Shown here: positions 50,481 to 62,331 of the stretch, one piece after another | How the letters are laid out: every line of letters begins with the position of its first letter | How positions within the stretch are numbered: position 1 is the first letter of the stretch | Source of the DNA: Okamejei kenojei | Lineage: Eukaryota | Assembly: GCA_035221665.1 (NCBI GenBank) | Contig: CM069133.1 | Coordinates: forward strand, 35,464,001-35,528,000 | Direction of reading: 5' to 3' | Length of the DNA stretch: 64,000 bases | The notes under the pieces: model-generated | What the model was told of the DNA's origin: nothing | Database searches by the model: none | Seen by the model: the letters and a program-made list of their open reading frames with translations, nothing else | Position numbers and translations under genes: made by a program

Positions 50481-50735
50481 AGTCTCCCAGGCAGTAGAGA
50501 GAACTGCGCTGAATCTTTGCAACTCTCTGCGCCAAAACGTGTACTGCCAAGATGACGTCTGCTACATGATTTTTCAGGGTTGTCTGCAAAACAAAGTATT
50601 TCACTGTACCTAGGTACGTGTGAGAATTCAGTATTATTGAATTGAACCATCAACATATATTGATCAGTATTGTACCGGGGGAACCCGCGGTCCGTGAGCT
50701 CTGGGGCAGCGACAGTCTCTGAACATTGTTCTCAC

Positions 50736-51106
50736 CTTCCACAGTCAGCCGCGTTGGAATCACAAATTGAAAATACCCAACACTGAGTTCCAGGAAGCAC
50801 CGGTACTTATCACTGTCCTCCCGTCTCAGTGGCTCCACCATTATCGAGGCATCTCTCTCTCTGAGGTTCCCCACGAATTTGAACCGACCTCCTCCGGCCT
50901 TCTGTCACTTCATCGCATCGGGGGCGGCCGGGACCCGTATATGTGCACTTAAACACAAGGCTATGAGGCCTTGATGACACCTTGTGCCACAGCACGGAGC
51001 CGGTGAGGTTGTGATCAATGCCTGGGTGGGTGAATGTACACGGCAACACAGCGGAGGCCCCTTCCACGGCAGAACCTCATCAGCACTGGATATTGTCCAA
51101 TCATTG
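50736..51106 (-). pseudogene. V1b exon of gene C (SIGLEC15-like V-set), two frameshifts; 5' end in gap
   Basis: WTISSADEV (shift) EGASAVLPCTFTHP...VFKCTY...RCDEVT (shift) VGNLRERDASIMVE...YRCFLEL...RLTVE then G|GTGAG. Confidence 0.88.
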
Positions 51107-51289
51107 NNNNNNNNNNNNNNNNNNNNNNNNNNNNNNNNNNNNNNNNNNNNNNNNNNNNNNNNNNNNNNNNNNNNNNNNNNNNNNNNNNNNNNNNNNNNNN
51201 NNNNNNNNNNNNNNNNNNNNNNNNNNNNNNNNNNNNNNNNNNNNNNNNNNNNNNNNNNNNNNNNNNNNNNNNNNNNNNNNNNNNNNNNN
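51107..51289. other. Assembly gap
   Basis: N run. Confidence 0.99.
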
Positions 51290-51698
51290 ATTGGAACGAG
51301 TACAGGTGTGAGGTTCCAAATCCACACTGTCCCTGGGTGGTTGTCACAACCGATGTTTTCAGAATCACCAACACGGGGACTGGGATATAATCAACTGTTC
51401 GTGGATGTGTAATCACGCCTTTTCGGCGGGTCAGTTAGTTTTTATAATGTTGCTGATTTATTTACATTCCGGGGAGGAGAAATGTTTGGACATTTTGCAG
51501 GACCGAGGACGGAGATGGATTCTGGGGATTCTCTCACTGTCACATAATGGATTCACAGTGGCGACGGCCATTCGTTCCATCGGTTCTATGCTAACTCCAT
51601 GTTACATCAATCCAGCCAGTCGGACTTGTTCTCCATATTCTCAACAGACAGCCCTGCAACTTACTTTCACATACCGTCGGTTAAATTTGCCGGTCTCC

Positions 51699-51731
<33 letters not shown>

Positions 51732-51937
51732 ACCCCCCCCCCCCCCCCCCTCTCCCGCCGCCGGCACCGCGTCCCATTGGAACCGCTCCCTGTGAGGACT
51801 CACGTCCCCCAGCAACACACTGATTCCTTGGCCAATCACCTCGATGCTGTATCGTCATATCTTCTCTGTCCACCAATGGGAACAACCTCCCTGTACGCAA
51901 TGTTAAATCCCTCCATTAGATCTCCTCCCGACCTCAC

Positions 51938-52300
51938 CCACAGATTCAAATTTCCCAACACTGAACTCCAAGCGGCACCTACAGCTATCACTGTCCTCCC
52001 TTCTCAGTGGCTCCACCATTATCGAGGCAGCTCCTTCTCTGAGGTTCCCAACGAATTTGAACCGACCTCCTCCGGCCTTCTGTGTCACTTCATCGCATCG
52101 GGGGCGGCCGGGACCGGCATATGTGCAGTTAAACACAAGGCTGTGAGGCCTTGATGGCAACTTGTTGTACCGCAGCACGGAGCCGGTGAGGATGCGATCA
52201 GTGGGCAGGTGGGTGAATGTACACGGCAACACAGCGGGGGCTCCTTTCATGGCAGACTCCGCATCCGCACCGGATATTGTCCAACCATGGTACGCAACGT
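51938..52300 (-). pseudogene. V1a exon of gene C (SIGLEC15-like V-set): open frame, G-strand truncated, core W>R and Y>C
   Basis: Acceptor ctctttccag|. DVAYHGWTISGADAES...AVLPCTFTH...VLRYN...VFNCTY...RFKFVGNL...SCRCRLEFSVGKFESV then G|GTGAGG; 363 nt. Confidence 0.85.
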
Positions 52301-52356
52301 CTGGAAAGAGAGAGAAAGAGAGAGGGTGAGAGAGAGAGTTGAGAGAGAGAGAGAGT

Positions 52357-52402
<46 letters not shown>

Positions 52403-52417
52403 AGGGGGTAGGGGGTA

Positions 52418-52563
52418 NNNNNNNNNNNNNNNNNNNNNNNNNNNNNNNNNNNNNNNNNNNNNNNNNNNNNNNNNNNNNNNNNNNNNNNNNNNNNNNNNNN
52501 NNNNNNNNNNNNNNNNNNNNNNNNNNNNNNNNNNNNNNNNNNNNNNNNNNNNNNNNNNNNNNN
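52418..52563. other. Assembly gap within a GA/poly-G tract
   Basis: N run flanked by poly-G and (GA)n. Confidence 0.99.
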
Positions 52564-52571
52564 NGGGGTGT

Positions 52572-52627
<56 letters not shown>

Positions 52628-53532
52628 GGGAGAGGTAAATATTGGAACAAGTATAGGTGTGGATTTCCAAATCCACACTGTCCCCGGGGTGTTGTCACAA
52701 GCGATGCCCTCAGATGTCTGTGGGATAGACACATCAACAGGGGAACTGGGTTACAGGCTGGGATATAATCAACTGTTCATGGGTGTGTGATTCTCGTCTG
52801 TTCCCCGGGTCAGTTGGTTTTTATAATGTTGCTGATTTACTTTCTGGGGAGGGGAAATGTTTGGACATTTTGCAGGACAGGAGACGGAGATGGATTATTG
52901 GGATTCCCTCACTGTCACATAATAGATGCACAGTGGAGACGGCCGTTCAGCCCATCGGTTCGATTATGGCTCCCTGCGATGACTCGTGTCTCCCAGAAAC
53001 AAACGTGTTTCTTTGGCCAATCACCCCCATTCTCTATCGTCATCTCTTTTCTGTCCACCAACGAGAACAACCTCCCTGTAAACAATGTTAAATCCCTCCA
53101 TTAGATCTTCTCCCAACAGTGTTACGAGCTGGAAACCAGTCGGTCCTTCCAGCTCGCACCACCGACGATAACATCGCGGCTGCTCTGCTGTTAATTCTCT
53201 CTCCATATCCCCGCCTGCTTTCTGTCACCTTGCCCCCTCTTGCTTATCGAGAGTCTCACTGTTTTATGAATGGTGGTCTCCATATGCATATTCTTCCATC
53301 TCAGCCGTCCCCAGATAACCTTCACCAAGGGCTCGCTTGGTCAAGAGGGCGCCTCGCCACCAACTTCTGAAGGACACAGATATGGACAATATCGCCACAT
53401 TCTCCACACGTCCCACCCCTTTGAGCCAAAGTACGAACAGCTGGAGTGCGGAGAGAATGGGAAACGGAACATTGGTTGAGATGACGAGACCAAGGGGAGA
53501 TAACAAAGAGGGTCAACAAAAAAAACTCCTAC

Positions 53533-53593
53533 TGTGACCGTGGACGGAGACGGAGAGCAGGATGGTGCAGAGACAAACCCAGAGAGATCACAT
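53533..53593 (-). pseudogene. Leader exon of gene C with a nonsense second codon
   Basis: ATG TGA TCT CTC TGG GTT TGT CTC...CAC A|GTAGG; 61 nt, matching the gene A leader. Confidence 0.85.
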
Positions 53594-53642
53594 CGCCAAC
53601 ACTTCAGTGTGGAGACTACCTCACCCACTTCTGCGAGCTTCT

Positions 53643-54865
53643 TTTTTTTTGTTGTTTTTTTTATTTGTTTATTTTTGTTAGAAATAAGTACCTAATACAT
53701 ACTTAAATATTTCCATTCTTGTACAACTTCATACTTTTGATTTAATAATAAAAGAACAGTGAGAGAAAAAATAAATAAAGAGTGTCGGAATAGATAGTCA
53801 AGCGAGTAGAAACAGAAAGTAAAAGAAATAAAGGACAGAGATGAGAAGTTAAAAGATTGAAAGAAAAGGAGAAAGTAAAGAAAATAAAGATTAGGAGAGA
53901 TCTACCTATCTCGTATTTTTGCCCATCCATCACCCGGTTCTAAACCATTTAGTTTCTAAGGTTATGTCATGTTGCAACATATGCTTGTAAAAAGTTGATA
54001 AAGGGAGACTAAATCTTTAAGAATAGGTCCATTTTGCCTAGTAGGAGGGATCTCATTTCTTCAAACTATCCATTGTTGATAAAACGTATATCCATTGGGA
54101 AAGAATAGGAATTAAAACGATGGGAGATATGTATGAAATGGAAAAACTTTTATCATTCCGACAATTACAACTAAAATATAATTTTAAAAGTAATCAATAT
54201 TTCAAATATCTTCAAATTCAAGATTATTTGAAAAAATATATACAAAGATATCAAACTTTAACTCCAGATTTATTGGAGGAAGGAATAAATAGAACGGCAG
54301 AATCAAGCAATTTAATATCTATCTTATATAATACGATTCTAAATATAGAAATACCAACGACAATTAGAAGGGACTGGGAACAAGAGTTATTGATAAAAAT
54401 TCTGAATGATAGATGGGAAAAAAAATTATTATATGTAAATAAATGTTCAATGAATGTAAGATATAACCTAATTCAATTTAAAATTTTACATAGATTATAT
54501 TATTCGAAAACTAGACTGAATAAAATATTTTCAAATGTTTTTCCCATCTGCGACAAATGTCTAATTCAAAATGCCACTATAGCACACTCCTTTGTCTCTT
54601 GTACAAAACTGTATAAATTTTGGAATTAAATGTTTGGAATTTTTACAAAACTATTTAACACAAAATTGAACCCCAATACAGAACTGATTATCTTTGGATC
54701 AATGGAAGAGGGAAGTAAACTAACTATATTCCAAGAAGCTTTTCTTAATTACGGTCTAATAACAGCAAAATAACATACTCAAATTTTGGAAAAACGTACC
54801 GACACCAACATTCAAAATGTGGATTTCAAGCATGTCTGAAATGCCACATCTTGAAGAAATGAGAT
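53643..54865 (-). mobile_element. 5'-truncated, 5'-inverted L1 insertion with TSD
   Basis: Poly-T, 3' UTR and ORF2 tail on the minus strand (53643-54064). The preceding ORF2 segment (LIQFKILHRLY, CDKC...H...C) is on the plus strand (54065-54865). TSD ttctgcgagcttct / ttctgtgggcttct. Confidence 0.9.
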
Positions 54866-54907
54866 TCTGTGGGCTTCTTGATGCGGAACAGGCTCGAAGT
54901 GTTTCTT

Positions 54908-54916
54908 CACTTCCTG
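54908..54916 (-). promoter_or_regulatory. ETS/PU.1-type site (CAGGAAGTG) in the displaced proximal promoter of gene C
   Basis: Homologous position to GAGGAAATG near 11574-11582, upstream of the gene A leader. Confidence 0.35.
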
Positions 54917-54934
54917 TAAAAAGTTAAGAGATAG

Positions 54935-56172
54935 TCATAAAGTCATAGAGTCATAGCCATAGAGTGATACAGTGTGGAAACAGGCCATTCGGCCCAACTT
55001 GCCCACACCGGCCAACATGTCCCAGCTCCATGTGCCCTAGCTGCCTGCGCTTGCTCGACATCCCTCCAAACCTGTCTTATCCACTTGCATGTCTAACTGT
55101 TTCTGAAAACGATGGGATTGTCCCAGTGTCAACTACCTCATCTGGCAGCTTTCCCCACCAACCCACCACCCTTTATGTGAAAACGCTAACCCTCAGACTC
55201 CTCTTTAATCTTTTCCCCTTCACTTTGAACCTATGTCCTCTGGTCCTCAATTTCCATACTCTGGGCAAGAGTTTATGTGCAATTTTCCGATATATTCCTC
55301 TCCTGCGCGTGAAGGAATAGAGACCCAGCCGACTCAACCTCTCCCTATACCTCACACCCGCTAGTCATCCTCGTAAATCTTCTCAGAACCTTTTCAAGCT
55401 TGACAATATATTTCCTGTAACATGGTGCCCAGAACTGAATAAAATACTCGGTCTCATCAACGTCTTATACAACTGCAACATGACCTGCCAACTTCTATAC
55501 TCTGATTGATGAAGGCCGTGCCAATAGCCTGGTTGACCAACTTATCTACCTGCGACTCACCTTCAAGGAACCATACACCTGGATTCCTATATCCCCCTGC
55601 TCTACAACACTACACAAAGGCCTGCCATTCACTGCATAGGTCCTGCCATTGTTAGATGTCCCGAAATGCAACACCTCACACTTCTCTGTATTAAATTCCA
55701 TCAATCACTCCTCAGTCCACCTGGGTAATCGATCCAGAACCTGCTGCAATTTTTCACAACCCTTTTGACTCTCTGCAAAACCACCCACTTTTGTATCATC
55801 GGCAAACTTGCTAATCTAGCCCTTATGTTCTCACCCAAATCATCGATGTAGATGATAAACTGTTACTTGCCTAAAACCGAACACTGAGGCACACCACTGG
55901 TCACTGGCCTCCAGTCCGAGAAGCTACCTTCCACATTCACACTCTGCTTCCTTCCTTAGAGCAAATTTGCTATCCATTCAGCTACCTCTTCTTGGACCCC
56001 ATGCGATCTAACCTTCCAGAGCAGCCGACCATGCGGAACCTTGTCAAATGCCTTATTGAAATCCATGCATACAACACTAACAGCTCTGCCTTATCAACCT
56101 CTTTGGTCACGTCTTCAAAACACTCAATCAGGTTTGCGAGACACGACCTCCCACGTGCAAAACCATGCTGAC
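54935..56172 (-). mobile_element. CR1-type LINE 3' fragment
   Basis: QHGFARGRSCLANLIE and RTRGHRFKVKG, with a (CTATGACT)n-like tail. Confidence 0.85.
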
Positions 56173-59100
56173 ATTGGGGGTAGCAAATGGTGAATACAGT
56201 TTGTATGAGGAAGTGAATCAACGAGTTTTGCACAATTTGCTAACCCAATGTCAGCGGAAGCTGAACTCTGCAACGATAACCCCACAGTCACCTCTTCACC
56301 AACAGCTAGGTTGTTTGTCTCTCGCGGTTTTCTGTCCTTGAACCTGAAATGCAGAAGTTGCTCTTATCATTTGCTGCAGAATGTTCAGACACCGCTAAAC
56401 AACAACACTGACATTCATGACTCATAGGAAGCAGGAGGCAGAGTTGAGGGCGAAGTCATTCTAGGAATGTGCGGCACAGCAGCAAACTTGGCCCCAAGGG
56501 AATCCTGCCTTGACTATAGGGGAGCACTGCAATGAACATCGGGGGCAAAGGATCCAAAAATGTATTGAGATTATATGGAAATTATTGTGCAATGTTTGTT
56601 TGGAAGCAGCCAGTTTAAACTGAATCCCGTAATATCATACGTCTCCCAGCATCAGGGCATGTCAACTCTTTTTTTTTAAAGAAGGAACTGCAGATGCTGG
56701 AGAATCGAGGGTACACAAAAAGCTGGAGAAACTCAGCGGGTGCAGCAGCATCTAAGGAGCGAAGGAGATAGGCGACGTTTCGGGTCGAGACCCTTCTTCA
56801 GACTCCCATGTCACTCTTTGTTTCGTTGTGTCCCAATCACGTTAAACCAGATTTCCGGCAACCTTGCTGACATCTCCAGTCCTCCATAGAACAATGGAAC
56901 TAGAGGCCGGGGTGCGATCGGGCAGCAAAGGGCGGGATGTGCGTCTTTCCGCAAACAAAGACCCGGGCCCTCACCGACCGCCGGTAGACTCCAATGGTCA
57001 TCCGAAATCTCCTCCCCAATGCCTGGGTGCCCTCTGCTATCGATAAGATCTCACGAGTGTTTAACTGTCGCATGCACCATGACAACAATGACATTATTGC
57101 TGCAACTTTATAGGCCCACTAAATGCAAGAACAAAACTGCAACTTTGAGGTAAGTTATCAGTTAATCTTCTAAACCAAACCACAGTAATAGAACCTCAGT
57201 GCAAATTTCTTCGTGTTTCGACCCGGGTGTCATCTTGTGGCTTGGGTGCAGAGTGTGGTTCAGACGCGTTTTGGTTGAGGACGGCCTGATTGCAATCGTG
57301 TAAAGTTCTTTGATGGTCAGCACGCATCAGCATCAAGGCCAACACCATCAAGATGTGCAACAGGTTCTTCCCGCTGGCTGCTGGAATGTTGAACACACTG
57401 TTGCCCCCGAACGCGCACACGCACACGCACCTCATCTAAATCACACCTCTGCTCTGCACTGACACCTTACATCTATATGAACTACTACGTACCCTGAACC
57501 TCAACGCCGTGAGGAACGACATTTAGTTCAAATGTATACTTACATGTTCAAATGACAAATACATTATTATTAATATATTATTTATTATTTCGCATCCTAC
57601 CCAGTACGGTAAATGTACAGTAGCCATTTAATCTACAAACACGCAGGTCTTTGGAGTGAGGGAGGAAATCGGAACCTCCGGAGAAAACCCATGCAACACA
57701 GTAGAACGCGCAAATTCCGTACAGACAGCACCTGAGGTCAGAGTCGAACCCGGGTCTGTGCCGCTGTAATGCTGACCTCCATCGTACTGTATCTACTATA
57801 AGATCTTTGACAAAACTCCCACGCGGTTGGCAGGTCCAAAAATGTTCGAACCACTGGGATCGAAGGGAAGTTTCAAAATAAACCTCAAATTGTCTAGCAA
57901 CATGACCTCCCAACTTCTATAACCTGATTGATGAAGACCAAGGTGCCAAACGCCTAGTTGACCACCTTATCTTCCTGCGACTCACCTTCAAGGAACCAAA
58001 CACCTGGATTCCTAGATCCCTCTGCTCTACAACACTACACAGAGGCCTACTATTCACTGCCTTTGTTAGACGTCACGAAATGCAACACCTCACACTTCTC
58101 TGCATTAAATTCCATCAATCATTCCACAGCCCACCTGGGTAATCGATCCAGAACCTGCTGCAATCTTTCACAACCATCTTAACTATCTGCAAAACCACCC
58201 ACTTTTGTATCAATAGCTAACTTGATAATCTTGCCCTGTATGTTCTCAAACAAATCATTGATGTATATGACAAACGGTAACGGGCCCAACACCGAACCGT
58301 GATGCACACCACTATTCACGGGCCTCCAGTCCGAGAAGCAACCTTTCACATTCACACACTTCTTCCTTCCATGGTGCCAATTTACTATCAATTCAACTAT
58401 ATCTCCTTGGATCCCATGCGATCTAACCTTCCAGAGCAGACGACCATGCGGAACCTTGTCAAATGCCTTACTGAAATCCATGAATACAACATCTACAGCC
58501 CTGCCCTCATCGACATTTTGGCCACGTCTTCAAAAACCTCAAACCTGTTTGCGAGACACGACCTCCCATGTGCAAAACCATGCTGACATTGGGGTTAGCA
58601 AATGGTGAGTAAAGTTTGTACGAGGAAGTGAATCAAAGAGTTTTTCACCATTTGCTACCCCCAATGTGAGCGGAAGGTAAACTCTGCAAAGATAACCCCG
58701 CGGTCACTCTTCACCAACAGCTCGGGTGTTTCTCGCTCGCGGTTTTCTTTCCCTGACCCTGAAATGCAGAATTTGCTCTTATCATTTGCTGCAGAAGGTT
58801 CAAACACCGCTAAACAACAACACTGACATTCATGACTCATAGTTCGCAGGAGGCAGAGCAGTGGGCAAATTCATTCCAGGAATGAGCGGCACAGCATCAA
58901 TCTTCGCCCCAAGGGAATCCTACCTTGACTATAGGGAAGCACTGCAATGAACGTCGGGGGCAAAGGATCCAACAATCCATTGGGATTATATGAAAATTAT
59001 TTTGCAATGTTTGTTTGGAAGCAGCCAGTTTAAACTGAATCTCGGAATATCATATGTCTCCCAGCATCAGGGCCATTTCAACTCTTTGTTTATTTGTGTC

Positions 59101-59615
59101 CCAATCTCGTTTAACCAGATTTCCGGCAACCTCGCCGACATATCCAGTCGCCCATAGAACAATGCAACTAGAGGCCGGGGTTTGATCGGGCAGCAAGGGG
59201 CGTGATCTGCTTCTTTACCGCAAACAAAGACCCGGGCACTCACCGACCGCCGGTAGTCCAATGGTCATTCCCATCCGAAATCTCCCCCCCCCCCCCCCCC
59301 TCCCCAAATTCCTGGATGCCCTCTGCTATCAACAAGAACTCACGAGTATTTAACTGTCGCAAGCACCATGACAACAATGACATTGTTGCTGCAACTATAC
59401 AGGCCCACTAAATGCAAGTTTGAGGTAAGTTGTCAGTTGTTCTTGTAAACCAAACCATAGCAGTGCAAGCCACAGTAATGGAACCTCAGTGCAAAGTTCT
59501 TCGTGTTTCGACCCGGAGGTCGGCTTGTGGTCCGGGTGCTGAGTGTGGTTCAGCAGCGTGATGGTTGAGGACGGCCTGATTGCATTCGTGTAAAGTTATT
59601 TGATGGACAGCACGC
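55475..59615. repeat. Tandem segmental duplication (about 55475-57325 vs 57898-59615)
   Basis: Collinear CR1 fragment, ETS-motif block and unique sequence occur twice. Confidence 0.92.
56672..56806 (-). mobile_element. About 135-bp hammerhead-motif retroposon with A-tail and about 14-bp TSD
   Basis: CTGAAGA-AGGGTCTCGACCC-GAAACGTC at 56801-56774. Flanks catgtcaactcttt / catgtca-ctcttt. Absent at the paralogous site near 59075. Confidence 0.8.
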
Positions 59616-62149
59616 AAATATAAAAGACTTTCACTGTACCTCGATATATGTGGCAATAACAAAGTAAAGTAAAGTAAATTATCTAAGAAGCTGTTCTTTA
59701 AACATCCGATCAGGTTCGCATGCCCTGCATCTTCCTCTTGGTACTAGCAGTGAGATAAGAGAGTGAGCAGGGTGATGTTGTATTTGATGACATTAGCTGC
59801 ATTGTTGAGCCCAGGGTTCATGTGGACCCTTCATGCTGTTCCGTATTTCGCTGTTCATGGCTTCCGGCATCTACAGGGAGATCGCTGACGCTGCATTCTT
59901 CGAAAAAGACAAAGGCTAGGGCAATTTGAGCAACAATATAGTGAGACGTATTATGAATACAGGCCATCCAACCCTCCGAAGGAGTTGTGGAATTTATTTA
60001 GTCATAGGGAGGAGAATCTGTGGACTTCATTGCCACGGAAGGTTGTGGAGGCCAAATCAATGGATATTTTTACGCTTTGTGTGAGGAACTAAATGAAAAA
60101 ATTGAATAGCTCTCTGTCATCCTTCCATGTGAGCACCCTGTCACCCTGCGATGAAAGACAAAACTACAGAGGCAGCTCAGTTGCTGCTTCCTTATATTTT
60201 TGTTTATTTCTGAGCAAGAAAGGCAGCAGTTGATTTCTTCATTTGTTGCCCAATGTTCAGGCAGCACTAAACCACAACAACGATTTGGGCAGGTTGGGCT
60301 GTAGGGCATGTTTCCACACTGTATCACTCGAGGACTGATGACTGTTGATGCAACAGAAAAAAAGACATGCTGGAGTAACTGAGCGGGTCAGGCAGCATCT
60401 CTGGAGAACATGGAATGGTGACGTTTCACAGAGTGCTGGAGTAACTCAGCGGATCAGGCAGCATCTCTGGAGAACAGGGAATGATGACGTTGCACAGATT
60501 GCTGGAGTAACTCAGCGGGTCGGGTAGCATCTCTGTAGAACATGGATAGGTGATGTTTCTGGTCGTGACCCTTCTTCAGTGTGAAGATGATAATGATACA
60601 GTTTAGTTGAGAGATGCAGCGCGGAGACAGGCCGAGTCCGCACCGAGCAGCGATCTCTGCACATAACACTCTGCGACACAAACTAGGGACGATTTTAACT
60701 TTATACCAAGCCAATTAACCTACCAATTTGTATGTCTGGAGTGTGGGAGGAAACCAAAGATCTTGGGGAAAAAACACGGGGTCACGGGGAGAACGTACAA
60801 ACTCCGTACAGACTTTACCCGTAGTCTTGGAACTCGGGGCTCTGGCGCTGTGAGCGTTGTATAAGGCAACAACACTGCACCACCGTACCGTCCTGCAGTA
60901 ACCACCGTGCCAGGAATTAAAACTTCACAGCATAAATGTTCTCCTCTACTAATTTATTGACAAAGATTAACACAGTACTGCATTGTCATTTGTACCTTCT
61001 GTATCTCTCGTTTCCATTTCCCTTCAATTTCGGCCCGAAGAAGGGTCTCGACCCAAAACATCATCAATTCCGTGTCTCTAGAAATGCTGATGGACCCGCG
61101 GAGATACTCCAGCTATTTGTGTCCTGCTGCAGTGTATCAATTTCACTAGTCTATACATGAGATGTTTGCAATTGACAATACTAATTGCGTTTCCCACCTC
61201 TTTCCCTCGTCTAACGTCTTGTGGGTCCCTTTATGAATCCTCACGACCTAATCTCTCACCTTTTCACAAATTCTCAGTTTTGGTTCCGTCCATCGCTGTG
61301 GATAACCTGACAGTATACCATGTTATCTATCTTTTCCCAACTATTCTCTCAGCTTGTCCACATCCCGCTGAATCCTCGTTACTACTGCTGCGATCTCAAC
61401 GTCTCACCTAGTCCATTGTCATCAGCAAACCTGGGACGTACATTGACATGTTGGGGGGGGGGCATTGACACCATTCCCAAACTCCCCCCTGTCTCTCTCT
61501 CGCTGCTACATCGAGGAACGCACTGGAGCTTTTTTTCTTGCACCCGAGCAGCTCGCCAATTTCATTACTTTTATCATCTATCTCCACCTGTTCCCAAATA
61601 CATTGGATCATCTCTGGCACCTCTCTCCCATTTCATGATCTAACCATTTCCTTAACCCATCACCCCCCTGCCCCCGCCCCCCGCCTCCGTCCCCCCCCAC
61701 CCCCCCTCTCCCCCCCCCCCCCCCCCTCCCTCTCTCTCTCTCTCTCTCTCCCTCTCTCTCGTATTTATTTGCTGGGTTATTGCGTTAATGTGGCCACAAA
61801 ATTGAAGCAAGTACGAATTTCGTTGTTCCCTTCCTGGTGCGAATGACATATGAACACTCCTGACTCTTGCCCATCCAGCCATTCTGCTCTTCATTCACCC
61901 TTCGGATTCCCGTCCACTCCCAGTAACCTGTCACCCACTTGCCGACCGAGCGTCTCACCGAGTGTCGTCAAACCTGGCAACCATGTTCATCTCTGTTCAG
62001 CTCCACTGGCACTGAGTGAACTATATGCGCGGACCGCAGCTCTCTGTCCTCCGGACCCACCACGTCGCTTCCCCACATTCTTCCCCCTAAAGGTAATATT
62101 TCACAATCATCAGCATTGAATTAACACCGGTGGCCATCCTCCAAACACC

Positions 62150-62331
62150 TCCCACTCTCCCTCCCCCTTTCTGTCTCTCTCTTCCTCCCTTGCCTCCTTC
62201 CCTCCCTTGCCTCCTTCCCTCCCTCCCTCCCTCCCTCCCTCCCTCGCTCCCTCTCTCCATCCCTTCATCTCTCCCTCCCTCCCTCTCTCCGTCATTCCCT
62301 CTTTCCCTCCCTCCCTCTCTTCTTCCCTCCC
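62150..62331. repeat. (CCCT)n-like polypyrimidine low-complexity tract
   Basis: Directly visible. Confidence 0.9.

Noticed and set aside
51405-52154. 249-aa plus-strand ORF
   Set aside because: Antisense to V1a and runs through poly-C; a chance open frame.
2314-53593. Rearranging antigen-receptor V segments (IgNAR, TCR, Ig)
   Set aside because: The V exons include their own G strand and end in splice donors. I saw no RSS, D, J or C1 segments, and the motifs fit Siglec-15.
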